NCBI GenBank assembly: GCA_963794525.1
Contig: CAWCEC010000004.1
Span: 177,637-241,636, forward strand
Reading direction: 5' to 3'
From: an uncultured Chloroflexia bacterium
Lineage (GTDB): Bacteria > Chloroflexota > Limnocylindria > Limnocylindrales > CSP1-4
Length of the DNA: 64,000 nt
Shown here: piece by piece, positions 10,043 to 20,171 of the stretch
Layout: every line of letters starts with the position of its first letter
Numbering within the stretch: the stretch's first letter is position 1
The notes under the pieces: generated by a model
What the model saw: the letters and a program-made list of their open reading frames with translations, nothing else
The model's database searches: none
What the model was told of the DNA's origin: nothing
Position numbers and translations under genes: made by a program

Positions 10043-10960
10043 AGCAGTGCGTCTGCGCCGGACGTGACGTACCGATCCCACTGCCCCCATGGGGCCGAGG
10101 TGAGCACCAGGGTCACCGCATCGCCATAACGCCAGCCGCGAGCAAGCAATCGCCCGATCGCGTCACGCGCGACGCCCGGGATCCGGAGCCGCGCTGAGGT
10201 CGCGCCGAGACGCGCCGCGACGGCCACCGAGGCGTCGACTGCGGGCGCGAGATCGACCGGATCGACGACGGCGATCGGCCCGATGGCGCCGTCGGACTGC
10301 ACGTAGGCATACCCTGCCGTTCGCCCGTCACGCACGACGGTGTACGCGTGCAGGGTGGAGACCGATGCCCAGAAGGCGTGGTCCTCCGGCCGTGCCGCGT
10401 CGAGCGTCGCGCGGTCGATAGCGTCGAGCGCACCAGCGTCGGGCACGCCTTCGCGAAGCATGTCGGTGGCGCCAGGCGTGGCCGGACCGGCAAGCTCCAT
10501 CAGGGCGAGCTGCGGGAACATCCCGAAGCGGCCGTACAGGCCGTTGGAAACCGGGTTCCGGGCGTCGGCGCCGACGGTCAGCAGGCTGCCGGGTGCCGCG
10601 GCCGCGAGCGCCCGCCGGACGATCTCGGCACCGACGCCCGCGCGACTGGTAGGCCGGCCGAACGTGGAGCGCGGCGAGGTACCAGACGTGCTCGCGCTGG
10701 ACGGCGATGCCGAACCCGACGAGGCCCCCGTCGACCTCGGCGACCCAGAAGCCGTCCGGATCGTGTCGGAGCGCACTCGCGCGAAAGGCCATGAAGCGCT
10801 CGGGTGGTTCGCTGGGTCTGCGCACCGCCGTCCAGCCGCGCGTCCGCGCGAGATCGTCCGCCGCCTCGAGGAAGACGTCGTAGGTCGGTCGCGCGTCGTC
10901 GGGCGTGGCACGGCGGATCGTGATGCCGGTGAGCATCCCGGGCGAGGGTGCGTCGGTCAC
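10039..10960 (-). pseudogene. Two-domain GNAT acetyltransferase, split by a +1 frameshift at ~10638
   Basis: IRRATPDD...WYLAALHVRPAYQSRG in one frame and VGAEIVRR...NGLY in another. Removing one G from the minus-strand GGG (10637-10639) restores the acetyl-CoA motif QSRGVG. Start may be 10960 or 10936. Confidence 0.8.
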
Positions 10961-11013
10961 CGCGCTAGCATCTGCGAGCGGACACATGCACCGCGGACAG
11001 CGAGGAGGTGGGC

Positions 11014-11775
11014 GTGGTCGAGCGGCGATTCGATGGGCGAGTGGCGATCGTGACCGGGGCGGGGCAGGGGATCGGACGGGCGGTCGCGGAACGTCTCGCG
11101 GCTGATGGCGCCGCCGTGGCCGTCGCCGACCTGAACGCCGAGACCGCCGACGAGGTCGTGCGTTCGATCGCGTCGAGCGGCGGTCGCGCCATCGCCGTCA
11201 GGACGGATGTCACGGACCCTGCCGACGCCGAGCGCCTGGCGGCCGACGCCGTGGCGCAGCTCGGACGGATCGACATCCTGGTCAACAACGCCGGGATCCT
11301 GCGGTCGACCCGTGCCGCCGACGTGACGCCCGAGGAATGGCACCTGGTGGTGGACGCCAATCTGACCGGCTCGTTCCTGTGCGCCCGCGCGGCCTACCCG
11401 GCGCTGCGAGCGTCCGGCCACGGCCGCATCGTCAACGTCGCGTCGATGGCCGGCCGGGCGACGAGCACCCTCGGCGGCGTCCATTACACGACCGCCAAGG
11501 CGGGCGTGCTCGGGTTGACCCGCCACCTTGCCCGCGAGTGGGCGCGCGACGGCATCACCGTCAACGCGATCTCGCCGGGGATCGTGGACACGCCCATGGT
11601 CCGAGGCTCCACGGACACCGAACGGATGAGCCAGGTGCTCGCGTCCATCCCACTGGGCCGGCTGGCCGAACCGGCCGAGATCGCCGCATTGATCGCGTTC
11701 CTCGCCTCGGATGACGCCGCATACATCACCGGCACCAACGTCGACATCCACGGTGGCGAGCTGATCATCGCCTGA
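11014..11775 (+). CDS. Short-chain dehydrogenase/reductase (FabG-like)
   Basis: TGAGQGIG, NNAG, catalytic YTTAK, VNAISPG; AGGAGG RBS. Confidence 0.92.
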   Translation: MVERRFDGRVAIVTGAGQGIGRAVAERLAADGAAVAVADLNAETADEVVRSIASSGGRAIAVRTDVTDPADAERLAADAVAQLGRIDILVNNAGILRSTRAADVTPEEWHLVVDANLTGSFLCARAAYPALRASGHGRIVNVASMAGRATSTLGGVHYTTAKAGVLGLTRHLAREWARDGITVNAISPGIVDTPMVRGSTDTERMSQVLASIPLGRLAEPAEIAALIAFLASDDAAYITGTNVDIHGGELIIA

Positions 11776-11793
11776 CCGCGGGGGACGGCGCCG

Positions 11794-13431
11794 CTACCCC
11801 CACGGCTGGCCGAGGGGACCGGTCAGGATCACGACGGATGGGCCTGGCTCGGCCGTCGCTCGCGCCATCGCCGCGGGCAGCTCGAACACGGACTCGACGC
11901 GTTCGGCTCGGGCGCCGAACGACCGCGCGAATGCGAGCAGGTCGGGATTGACGAGATCCGTGGCATAGGCCCGCCCGTGCCGGAGGATCTGGTAGTCGGC
12001 GATGGAGCCGAAGGCCGCGTCGTCGTGGATGAGGACCGTGACATCGAGCTGGTGCGCGACGGCCGTCGCCAGCTCCATGGCGGTGAACAGGAAGCCGCCG
12101 TCTCCGCACGATGCGACGACACGCCGACCCGGCGCGGCGACGGCCGCCCCGTTGGCCGCTCCAAGGGCGAACCCGAGCGTCGCGGAACCCCACGGGAACA
12201 TCGATCCATCCGGCTCGTACACCGGCCAGCAGTAGCCGGTCCAGGAGTTGAGCCGCGCCGCGTCGTGGGTCAGGATCGCCTCGCGCGGCAGGGCGGCACG
12301 AGCAGCGGCGAAGGCGTCGCGGACGGCGCGCTGCTCCCCCGAGACGCCGTCAAACGAACGATCGCGAGTGACTCGTGCCCGATCGCTTCCTCGACCCACA
12401 TCGACGGATGTCGCTCGACGACCCAGCTCCGCGAGCAGGCCCTCCAGCGCCAGGCGCGCATCGCCGCACACCGCCGCTTCGACCGGGTACGAGCGACCGA
12501 GCGCCGCGGGATCGACGTCGATCTGGACAAGGTTCGGGAGCGGCAGCGTCCAGCGTGCGGTCTGCACGTCGTCGAGGCGGCAGCCGACGACAAGCACGGC
12601 GTCCGCCTCTGCCAGCAGGGCGCGACATTCATCGCGCCCGGGATTGAGCACGCCGGCCCACAACGGGTCATCGGCGGGGATCGCGCCCGCGCCGGTGATC
12701 GCTGTCATGACCGGAGCGTCGAGCCGAGTCGCCAGACGGCGGAGCTCTGCCGCGGCTCCGGCGCGTTGCACCCCGGCGCCGGGCACGATCACGACCCGCT
12801 CAGCAGCCGACAGGATGCGCGCCGCCGTGACGACGTCGTCCGGATCCGGGGCGAGCGGGTCGGGGAATGCCGTCCGCGGCGGGTCGCCGTCGGCGCTGGC
12901 CGTCAACAGGTCGGTCGGTAGCTCCACGTAGGCGGGCTGACGGCGGCCGGTCATCGCGCACCGGAGGGCCTCGCCGACTGCCGCGGGGATCGACGCCGCG
13001 GTCCTCGGACGCCCGACGAACGAGGTGACCGCCTCGAAGGAGCGACCCTGGTCCGGCGTCTCGTGCAGGACGCCACGACCCAGTCCATCGAGGGTCGCGT
13101 CGATCTGCCCGGCCAGGACCACGACCGGCGACGAATCCGACCAGGCCTCGGCGACGGCGGCCAGCGTGTTGAACGTTCCTGGCCCGGTCGTCGTCGAGCA
13201 CACGCCCGGTTGACCGGTGACGCGGGCGTATCCGTCCGCCGCGAACGCGGCGCCCTGCTCGTGGCGGGTCAGGATGTGCCGGATGGACGGAGCGGCGGCC
13301 AGCGCGTCATACAGGCCGAGGGTGTGGATCCCGGGGATGCCGAACACCGTTCGGACCTGAGACGTCTCGAGGACCTCGACGATCGCGTCGCCGACCCGTC
13401 GTGCCACCGCCACCTCGCCCGTATCGGCCAT
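11794..13431 (-). CDS. Second ThDP-dependent enzyme (acetolactate-synthase-like)
   Basis: VFGIPG, RHEQGAAFAADGYAR, TTGPG, ThDP motif GDGGFLF...HDD. Confidence 0.9.
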   Translation of the reverse strand: MADTGEVAVARRVGDAIVEVLETSQVRTVFGIPGIHTLGLYDALAAAPSIRHILTRHEQGAAFAADGYARVTGQPGVCSTTTGPGTFNTLAAVAEAWSDSSPVVVLAGQIDATLDGLGRGVLHETPDQGRSFEAVTSFVGRPRTAASIPAAVGEALRCAMTGRRQPAYVELPTDLLTASADGDPPRTAFPDPLAPDPDDVVTAARILSAAERVVIVPGAGVQRAGAAAELRRLATRLDAPVMTAITGAGAIPADDPLWAGVLNPGRDECRALLAEADAVLVVGCRLDDVQTARWTLPLPNLVQIDVDPAALGRSYPVEAAVCGDARLALEGLLAELGRRATSVDVGRGSDRARVTRDRSFDGVSGEQRAVRDAFAAARAALPREAILTHDAARLNSWTGYCWPVYEPDGSMFPWGSATLGFALGAANGAAVAAPGRRVVASCGDGGFLFTAMELATAVAHQLDVTVLIHDDAAFGSIADYQILRHGRAYATDLVNPDLLAFARSFGARAERVESVFELPAAMARATAEPGPSVVILTGPLGQPWG

Positions 13432-13480
13432 GACACCGAGTGTCCATGGCGCAGGGATTGTAGGCGAGGATCGCGCGTCG

Positions 13481-13498
13481 TTGTCGACAATCTACAAT
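13481..13498. promoter_or_regulatory. Operator copy 4 (TTGTCGACAATCTACAAT) with -10-like hexamers for both divergent genes
   Basis: TACAAT at 13493-13498 lies 7 nt before in-frame GTG 13506. A second half-site GATTGTAG near 13456 gives TACAAT on the minus strand. Confidence 0.7.
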
Positions 13499-13505
13499 GT
13501 CGGGC

Positions 13506-14846
13506 GTGCCAGCGACCCGTCCGTGGTTCAGTCGTCTGAACCGCCCGCGAGGGCTGCCCGCGGTGCTCGACCGGCGGAAGAACGGGGTCCGGTCGCAGTC
13601 GACGACGGAGCTCCGCAACTACCAGATGATGCGTGGCGATTCGGTCGCCATGGGCATCATCAACTCGGTGGTCCCGTTCCTCCCCGTGTTCATCGTCCGG
13701 CTGGGTGGATCGGAGTTCGAGGTCAGCCTGCTGACCGCCATACCCGCGGTCAGCGGGTTCCTCCTCGCGATCCCGCTCGGTCAATTCCTCCAGGGCAAGC
13801 CACGGATCGTGCCCTGGTACAGCGGTTCGCGGCTGCTCGCGCACCTGTCATACGCGGTGGCGGCGGTGGTCGTACTCCTCGCACCTCGCCAGATGGTCGT
13901 GCCGGCGTTGCTGGTCGTCTGGGCGATCGCCGCGATCCCCTCGACCCTCGGCATGGTCGCCTTTCCGATCGTCATGGATGGCGCCGCCGGCCCGCGTGGC
14001 CGCTACGAGATCATGGGGCGGCGCTGGGCGATCATGGGGCTGACGACCGCGATCACGGTAGCGATCATCGGCCAGCTGCTGGATCGCCTGCCATTTCCCG
14101 CGAACTACCAGATCGTCTTCGTCGGATTCACCGTGGCAGGCCTCGTCAGCTTCCGCTTCTCCAGCCAATTCCGCGTACCCGCGCACGCGGCCCGACCGCT
14201 CGCGTCCGCCGGTCGACGGCTGGATCGATTGCGCGAGATCGTGCGAACGGTCCGTTCGGAGCCGGCGTTCCTGCGCTACAGCGCGCGTCAATTGGTGTAC
14301 GTGGTCGGCACACGCTTCGCCCTGCCGCTCATCCCGCTCTACTACGTCCGTGAGGTCGGCGCCCCGGATGCCTGGATCGGGATCATCGCTACCGGTCAGG
14401 CGCTGGCGCTGCTCGTCGGCTACCAACTGTGGCGGAAGGTGTCGGTCAAGCGCGGTGGCACGCTGGTCCTGCTGGTCACGCTGTTCGTCAACGCCCTCTA
14501 TCCCGCCGCGCTGTCGCTGGTGGACCAGCTCATCCTCGTCGCCGCGCTCACGGCCCTGGCCGCGGTCTTCAGCGCCGGCGTCGACCTTGCCCTGTTCGAC
14601 GAGCTGATGAAGCGCATCCCGCGGCCATACGGGGTCACGTTCACCTCCATCGACACGGCGCTCGTCAACGGGGCCAGCATCCTGGCGCCGCTTCTGGGTG
14701 CCGCCATCGCCATCGCGCTCGGACTTGCTGTGGCATTGCAGCTGGCGTCCGTGATCGGCCTGCTGGGCGTGATCCTGTTCGCCAGCGACAGTCGGACCAG
14801 CCGGATGGCGGAAGCACGACGCGACGAGGTCGCCGCGCCTGCCTGA
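13506..14846 (+). CDS. MFS transporter
   Basis: About 12 hydrophobic segments in two repeats. Start is GTG 13506 (leaderless-type) or ATG 13497. Confidence 0.85.
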   Translation: MPATRPWFSRLNRPRGLPAVLDRRKNGVRSQSTTELRNYQMMRGDSVAMGIINSVVPFLPVFIVRLGGSEFEVSLLTAIPAVSGFLLAIPLGQFLQGKPRIVPWYSGSRLLAHLSYAVAAVVVLLAPRQMVVPALLVVWAIAAIPSTLGMVAFPIVMDGAAGPRGRYEIMGRRWAIMGLTTAITVAIIGQLLDRLPFPANYQIVFVGFTVAGLVSFRFSSQFRVPAHAARPLASAGRRLDRLREIVRTVRSEPAFLRYSARQLVYVVGTRFALPLIPLYYVREVGAPDAWIGIIATGQALALLVGYQLWRKVSVKRGGTLVLLVTLFVNALYPAALSLVDQLILVAALTALAAVFSAGVDLALFDELMKRIPRPYGVTFTSIDTALVNGASILAPLLGAAIAIALGLAVALQLASVIGLLGVILFASDSRTSRMAEARRDEVAAPA

Positions 14847-14855
14847 TCGGGCCGG

Positions 14856-16076
14856 TCAGGCCACCGGGAGCGGGATGAGGCGGCCGGCGTGCATGACCAT
14901 CCGCGGGCGGGCCAGCCGGCTGAGATCGCTGAGCGGATCGCCGTCGACCAGGATCATGTCGGCGATCTTGCCCGGCTCCACGATCCCTACCTCGTCATCG
15001 ATCCCGAGGAGGCGGGCTGCCGTGGACGTGGCAGCCTGGATCGCCCCCATGGCGGAGGCCCCGTGGTCGTGGAGGAGGACGACCTCTCGCCAGAGCATCT
15101 CGGGCAGGACACCGCGCACGCCGGTATCGGTGCCGGTCGCCACCTCGACCCCGAGTCGGATGGCCGTTTCGCATGACCGGCGATGCAGCCGTTCGATCTC
15201 GTTCTGGCGTTCGCGTTGTGCGGGCGTCAGGCCCTCGAGGTCCCGCCAGACGTCAGTCACGGTGAGCGTCGGCACGAGGGTCGTGCCGGTCTCGACGAGC
15301 GTGGCGAGGGCCGCCTCATCGGCGAGGAACGCATGTTCCACGCTCGCGACGCCCGCCCGCGCGGATCGTCGGACCGATTCGCTGTTCTGGGCATGGCTGA
15401 GGACCCGTCGTCGGAGCCTGGTCGCCTCGTTCACGACGGCCGCCAGCTCGGCGCCGCTCACTTCCTCCACGCCGGCCACCGACGACGTGAGCATGGCCGC
15501 CTCGCTCGAGACGATCTTGATCACGTCCGCGCCATCTCGGACGTTGGCGCGGACCGCGCGAACGAACTCGAGCTCGCCGTCGGCTTCGCGGCCGAAGAGG
15601 TGCCCGTGCCCGCCGGTGATCGTCAGGGCGGGCCCGGCGGCCAGCAGGCGCGGTCCCACGACCTGGCCGGCGGCGATCGCCGCGCTCAGGACCACGTCGA
15701 GATTCGCGGGCGACCCGCCGCTCCGCGCCGTCGTCACGCCCGCCTCGAGGGCCCGCCGGGCCATGCCGGCGGCACGCAGGACGAGTCGTTCGATCGGCTC
15801 GTGGCGGTAGAGCAGGAACCCGTCCTCGACGGTCGGGTCGATGGTGTAGTGGGCGTGGCAATCGATCAGGCCAGGCAGCAGCGTACCGCCCGACGCGTCG
15901 ATGACCGTCGCGCCGGCAAGCGGGGCAGCGGATCCGGGCGCGGCGACGGCGGCGATCCGATCGCCCTCCACGACCACGTCCACGTCGACCCGCACCGGGC
16001 CTCCGGTGCCATCGATCAGTCGGGCGCCACGGAAGACGATGGGAGCGGTTCCGCCGGGCGAGGAGCGCGCGAGCAC
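14856..16076 (-). CDS. Metal-dependent amidohydrolase (Xaa-Pro dipeptidase-like)
   Basis: PGLIDCHAH, GGHG, DVIK (carboxylatable Lys position), SHA, EHA, GTD, GKIAD; GGAGGA RBS 9 nt before GTG 16076. Confidence 0.88.
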   Translation of the reverse strand: MLARSSPGGTAPIVFRGARLIDGTGGPVRVDVDVVVEGDRIAAVAAPGSAAPLAGATVIDASGGTLLPGLIDCHAHYTIDPTVEDGFLLYRHEPIERLVLRAAGMARRALEAGVTTARSGGSPANLDVVLSAAIAAGQVVGPRLLAAGPALTITGGHGHLFGREADGELEFVRAVRANVRDGADVIKIVSSEAAMLTSSVAGVEEVSGAELAAVVNEATRLRRRVLSHAQNSESVRRSARAGVASVEHAFLADEAALATLVETGTTLVPTLTVTDVWRDLEGLTPAQRERQNEIERLHRRSCETAIRLGVEVATGTDTGVRGVLPEMLWREVVLLHDHGASAMGAIQAATSTAARLLGIDDEVGIVEPGKIADMILVDGDPLSDLSRLARPRMVMHAGRLIPLPVA

Positions 16077-16123
16077 GACCAGGCTTCCTCCAGCGGGGAA
16101 GGGCGCCGCGATCCGGGGCGCGA

Positions 16124-16135
16124 TCGACAATCTAC
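16124..16135. promoter_or_regulatory. Operator copy 5 (TCGACAATCTAC)
   Basis: About 50 nt upstream of the amidohydrolase start, same orientation as the other four copies. Confidence 0.6.
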
Positions 16136-16169
16136 GGTGGTGACGCTCCCCGTCGCAACCGGCGCGACC

Positions 16170-19100
16170 CTAGACGACCCGGCGCAGCGTCCTCGTGCGG
16201 GTGCGTCGAGCCGTCGCTCGAGGCGCGGCCGCTGCGGTCGCCTTCCCAAGCGAGCCGAGCAGTACGGCCGTCTGCTCGGCGGGCACGGGGCGACTGAACA
16301 GGTAGCCCTGCCCGAGGTCGCAGCCGAGCTCGCGCAGGCGATCGGCCTGCTCGTCGGTCTCGATGCCCTCGGCCACCACGCCGATCCCGAGGCCGTGCGC
16401 CAGTGCGATGACCGCGTCGACGATCGAGCGGTCGGCGGTCTCCTCGATACCGGCCACGAAGGTGCGATCGATCTTGATCGTGTCGAGCGGCAGATGTTTC
16501 AGGTAGGACAGCGACGAATAGCCCGTCCCGAAGTCGTCGAGCACCAGCCGCACGCCCAGGCCGCGGAGGTCGCGCAGCGCTCGGATCCCTGCCTCGGATT
16601 GGTCCATCAGGACGCTCTCGGTGATCTCGAGCTCGAGCGCGTCGGCCTCGAGGCCGGTATGCGCCAGGGTCTGGCGGACATCCTCGACCAGGTCGGTCTG
16701 GGTGAACTGGCGCGCCGACAGGTTGACCGACACGAACAACGGTGGCGTCCCCTTGCCAGTACGCGTGGCGTTCCAGACGGCCGCCTGGCGGCACGCCGCG
16801 TCAAGCACCCAGCGCCCGAGCGGCACGATCAGGCCGGTCTCTTCGGCCATCGGGATGAACGCGAGGGGCGGCACGAGCCCGCGCGTGGGGTGCTGCCAGC
16901 GGACGAGGGCTTCGAACCCGACCACGACACCGCTCACGAGCGAGACGATCGGCTGGTAGTGGACGCGCAGCTCGTCGCGATCGAGCGCGCGGCGGAGGTC
17001 GTTCTCGAGGTCCAGTCGCTCGAGCGACTGGTCGCTCATGGATGGCTCGAACAGGAAGTGGCGCTGGCCGGCGTTGCCCTTGGCGCGGACCATGGCGATC
17101 TCGGCTTCGCGCAGGAGATCGTCCGGGCTGCCCCGACCAGGGGCCGCCAGTGCGATCCCGATCGATGCGGTGAGGAACCAGTCGCGACCGTTGAGCGGGA
17201 ACGGCTCGCGTAGCTCCTGCGCGATGCGCTCGGCGATCCGGTGCGCCTCGGCTGCGTCGGCGACGGGGTCGAGCACGAGTGCGAACTCGTCGCCACCGAA
17301 GCGCGCCACGGTGTCGCCCGGGCGGAGGCTGTTGACGAGGCGCTGTCCGACCGCCATCAGCAGCCGGTCGCCGGCGACGTGCCCCAGCGTCTCGTTCACG
17401 ACCTTGAAGCGGTCGAGATCGAGCAGGATCACCCCGATCGAGCCGTCCGCGTCGGTGCCGTGCCCTGCCAGCGAGTGGGCGATGCGGTCGGCCAGCAGCT
17501 CACGGTTGGGCAGGCCGGTCGTGGGGTCGTACAACGCGCCGCGTTGGGCGACGTCGACGAGCCTGGCGTTCTCGAGCCCGATGGCCGCAAGCCGCGCGAA
17601 GCTCGAGAGCGTCTCGAGGTCGCGCTCCGACCATGTCCGGGCCGTCGTGCCAGCAGCAAGGCCCAGCACGCCGATGACCCGGCCGGCCGACTTGAGCGGC
17701 GCGGCGATCGTGGCCCCCAGCTGCCAGCCCGCCGCGACGGTCACCGAGCGCCCGGGCCAGGCGTCGTAGTCGGCCACCGCGAACGGCTGGCCGGTGCGGA
17801 CGACCTCGCCGCCGACGCCCTCGTCGAGGGCGATGGACCCCTCCTCCTGACCGGCGAACATCCCGAGCCCGACCCGCAGGACGAGCCGGTTCGCGTCCGA
17901 CTCCACGAGATCGACCCAGCCATGCGGCGTCCCAAGGACCGACGATGCCCGGTCGAGGATGGTCGAGAGCATGGCGTTGGGATCACTCCGGTCCAGGAGG
18001 GCCAGCGCGGTTTCGTCGAGCGCGCGCACATAGGGGTCGGCGAGCGTCGGTTCGGGCTGCAGGCGGCTGTCGCCCTTGACGAGGTACAGCGCCCGATCGG
18101 CCACGGCGACCAGCTCGTCCTTGGTGCGGCCGTCCTCCGGATAGCAGGCCACGCCGGCGCTGATCGTCACGCTGGGGCGCGGGTCATTGTCCGTCGTTCC
18201 CTCGACGCTCGTGCGATCGCGCACGGCTCGACGGATCCGCTCGGCGACCTCGTGCGCGACGACCCGATCGGCGCCGGGCAGGATCGCAGCGAACTCGTCG
18301 CCGCCGTAGCGGTAGATCCGATCCGTATCGCGGGTGGCACGCGTCATCGCGGCTGCGATCTCGACCAGCAAGCCGTCACCGGCGGGATGGCCGAGCGTGT
18401 CGTTGAAGCGCTTGAAGGCGTCCAGGTCGAGCATGAGCACGGCGAACGGGCGCCCACCCTCCACGGCCGCGCCCAGCTCCCGCTGGAACGCGCCATGGTT
18501 GCGCAGCCCGGTCAGCGCGTCCTGCTCGGCCCGGACGCGGACCTCGCGGTGGGTCTGCGCGTTCTGCATCGCGATCGACGCCTGGCCTGCGAACAGCTTG
18601 GTCAGCTCGTACTCGTTGGTCGTGAAGTGCGCGTCCGACTCGCCGAGCCGGCCGATGTTGAGCGTACCGATGGTCTCGCCCCTGACCAGCAAGGGGACGA
18701 CCATGATCGACTCAGGCTCGAACGGGGTGTTCGGGACCTGCACGGACCGGGCGTCGAGGTGGGCATCGTTCGCCAGGACCGCCTCCCTGTGATCGATGAC
18801 CCAGCCGGTGATCCCCGGCCCGAGCGGGCTCTCGTCGGCCAGGATCTCGTCTGCGAACCGGTCGCGCGCGATGACCGCGCGACGCACGCCGGCCGCGCGG
18901 TCGACCTGGTAGATCGTCAGCGAGTCGTATGGCACGATCGCACGCAACGAGTCGGCGATGAGCTCCAGCACGCCGGCCGGGTCGAGCGTCCCGAGCAGTC
19001 GCTCGTTGACCTCGAGGAGCCGGCGCTGCCCTTCGAGCTGGAGCTCCATCTCGGCTTGCTGGCGGCGCAGTCGATCCAGGTTCTCGGCGTTGATCACGGC

Positions 19101-20171
19101 CTGGACCGCCGCCGCGGCGAAGATGGTCAGCGTCACCTCGTCGTCGGCGTCGAAGCGATCGATACCCATCGCCGACACCACGATCACGCCCCGCACGAGC
19201 TCGTCCTGGACCATCGGCACCAGCAGCATCGACTCCGGCCGTCGATCGCCGAGGATCACGCTGCGTGGGTCGCGCGTGGCATCCCGCAGTCGGAGCGGAC
19301 GCCCGTTGGCCGCGACCCAGCCTGTCAATCCCTGGCCGATCGGCATCCGGAGGGTCTCCATGTCCGGCTGGGTGGTGCCCAGGAACGTGCCCTCGAAGGC
19401 GATCGGCTCGCACATGCCGGTCGGATGGTCGACGTGGTACACCCGGATCGTGTCGTGCTCGATGAGGCGCTTCGCCTCCTCGACGATGGCTGCCGCGATG
19501 GATGCCCGGTCGTGCAGGCCGCTCAGCCGACCGGCCAGTTCCGCGATCGACGACAGGCGGTCGGCCAGCCCACGACGGGAGTCGGCCAGCCTGGCGGTGC
19601 CGATCGCCGTCGCCATGTGGTCGCCGAAGGCGCGGGCGAGCGCGCGCTCGGCGGGCGTCCACCCGTAGGCCTCGCGGTGATAGAGGACGAGCAGCCCCAG
19701 TGCGTCGCCGCCGTAGACGAGCGGCACGAAGCACACGGAACCGACACCGATCGCCTTGTACACCTCGCGCAGCGCGGGCGTGGTCGAACGCATGTCGCGA
19801 TCGAGCACGCGCACGCGGCGCCTGCGTATGGCGTCCATGCCGGCCGTGCGGGCGTCCTTGGGCAGGGAGTTGACCGCGTCGATGATCACCGGCGGCAGGC
19901 CGCGCTGGACGGCCAGTTCGAGCGGATGCTCCGCGGTCGGGTCGTAGGTCCACAGTGCCGCCCGATCGACACCGAACAGCACGAACGCCTCGTCGATGAT
20001 GTCGTCGAACAGACCGGTCAGATCGCGCCGCCCGCTGACCTTTGCCGCGATCCGGCCGAGCGCGTCGGCCCGCGTCGGATCGGTCGTCTCCGCGCGGCGT
20101 GCCGCCGCGGTCGGACGCCGCGACGCCGCTCGCCGTTTCTCGGGCGCGGGTCGGTGCTCGGCGCTGGACAT
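16170..20171 (-). CDS. Diguanylate cyclase/phosphodiesterase: GAF-GAF-GAF-GGDEF-GAF-GGDEF-EAL
   Basis: Two cyclase domains (DALTGL...RYGGDEF; DPTTGLPNR...RFGGDEF) and EAL motifs FEALVRW, VNLS, EITES, DDFGTGYSSL, KIDR, AEGIE, QGY. Four GAF-like repeats. Confidence 0.93.
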   Translation of the reverse strand: MSSAEHRPAPEKRRAASRRPTAAARRAETTDPTRADALGRIAAKVSGRRDLTGLFDDIIDEAFVLFGVDRAALWTYDPTAEHPLELAVQRGLPPVIIDAVNSLPKDARTAGMDAIRRRRVRVLDRDMRSTTPALREVYKAIGVGSVCFVPLVYGGDALGLLVLYHREAYGWTPAERALARAFGDHMATAIGTARLADSRRGLADRLSSIAELAGRLSGLHDRASIAAAIVEEAKRLIEHDTIRVYHVDHPTGMCEPIAFEGTFLGTTQPDMETLRMPIGQGLTGWVAANGRPLRLRDATRDPRSVILGDRRPESMLLVPMVQDELVRGVIVVSAMGIDRFDADDEVTLTIFAAAAVQAVINAENLDRLRRQQAEMELQLEGQRRLLEVNERLLGTLDPAGVLELIADSLRAIVPYDSLTIYQVDRAAGVRRAVIARDRFADEILADESPLGPGITGWVIDHREAVLANDAHLDARSVQVPNTPFEPESIMVVPLLVRGETIGTLNIGRLGESDAHFTTNEYELTKLFAGQASIAMQNAQTHREVRVRAEQDALTGLRNHGAFQRELGAAVEGGRPFAVLMLDLDAFKRFNDTLGHPAGDGLLVEIAAAMTRATRDTDRIYRYGGDEFAAILPGADRVVAHEVAERIRRAVRDRTSVEGTTDNDPRPSVTISAGVACYPEDGRTKDELVAVADRALYLVKGDSRLQPEPTLADPYVRALDETALALLDRSDPNAMLSTILDRASSVLGTPHGWVDLVESDANRLVLRVGLGMFAGQEEGSIALDEGVGGEVVRTGQPFAVADYDAWPGRSVTVAAGWQLGATIAAPLKSAGRVIGVLGLAAGTTARTWSERDLETLSSFARLAAIGLENARLVDVAQRGALYDPTTGLPNRELLADRIAHSLAGHGTDADGSIGVILLDLDRFKVVNETLGHVAGDRLLMAVGQRLVNSLRPGDTVARFGGDEFALVLDPVADAAEAHRIAERIAQELREPFPLNGRDWFLTASIGIALAAPGRGSPDDLLREAEIAMVRAKGNAGQRHFLFEPSMSDQSLERLDLENDLRRALDRDELRVHYQPIVSLVSGVVVGFEALVRWQHPTRGLVPPLAFIPMAEETGLIVPLGRWVLDAACRQAAVWNATRTGKGTPPLFVSVNLSARQFTQTDLVEDVRQTLAHTGLEADALELEITESVLMDQSEAGIRALRDLRGLGVRLVLDDFGTGYSSLSYLKHLPLDTIKIDRTFVAGIEETADRSIVDAVIALAHGLGIGVVAEGIETDEQADRLRELGCDLGQGYLFSRPVPAEQTAVLLGSLGKATAAAAPRATARRTRTRTLRRVV

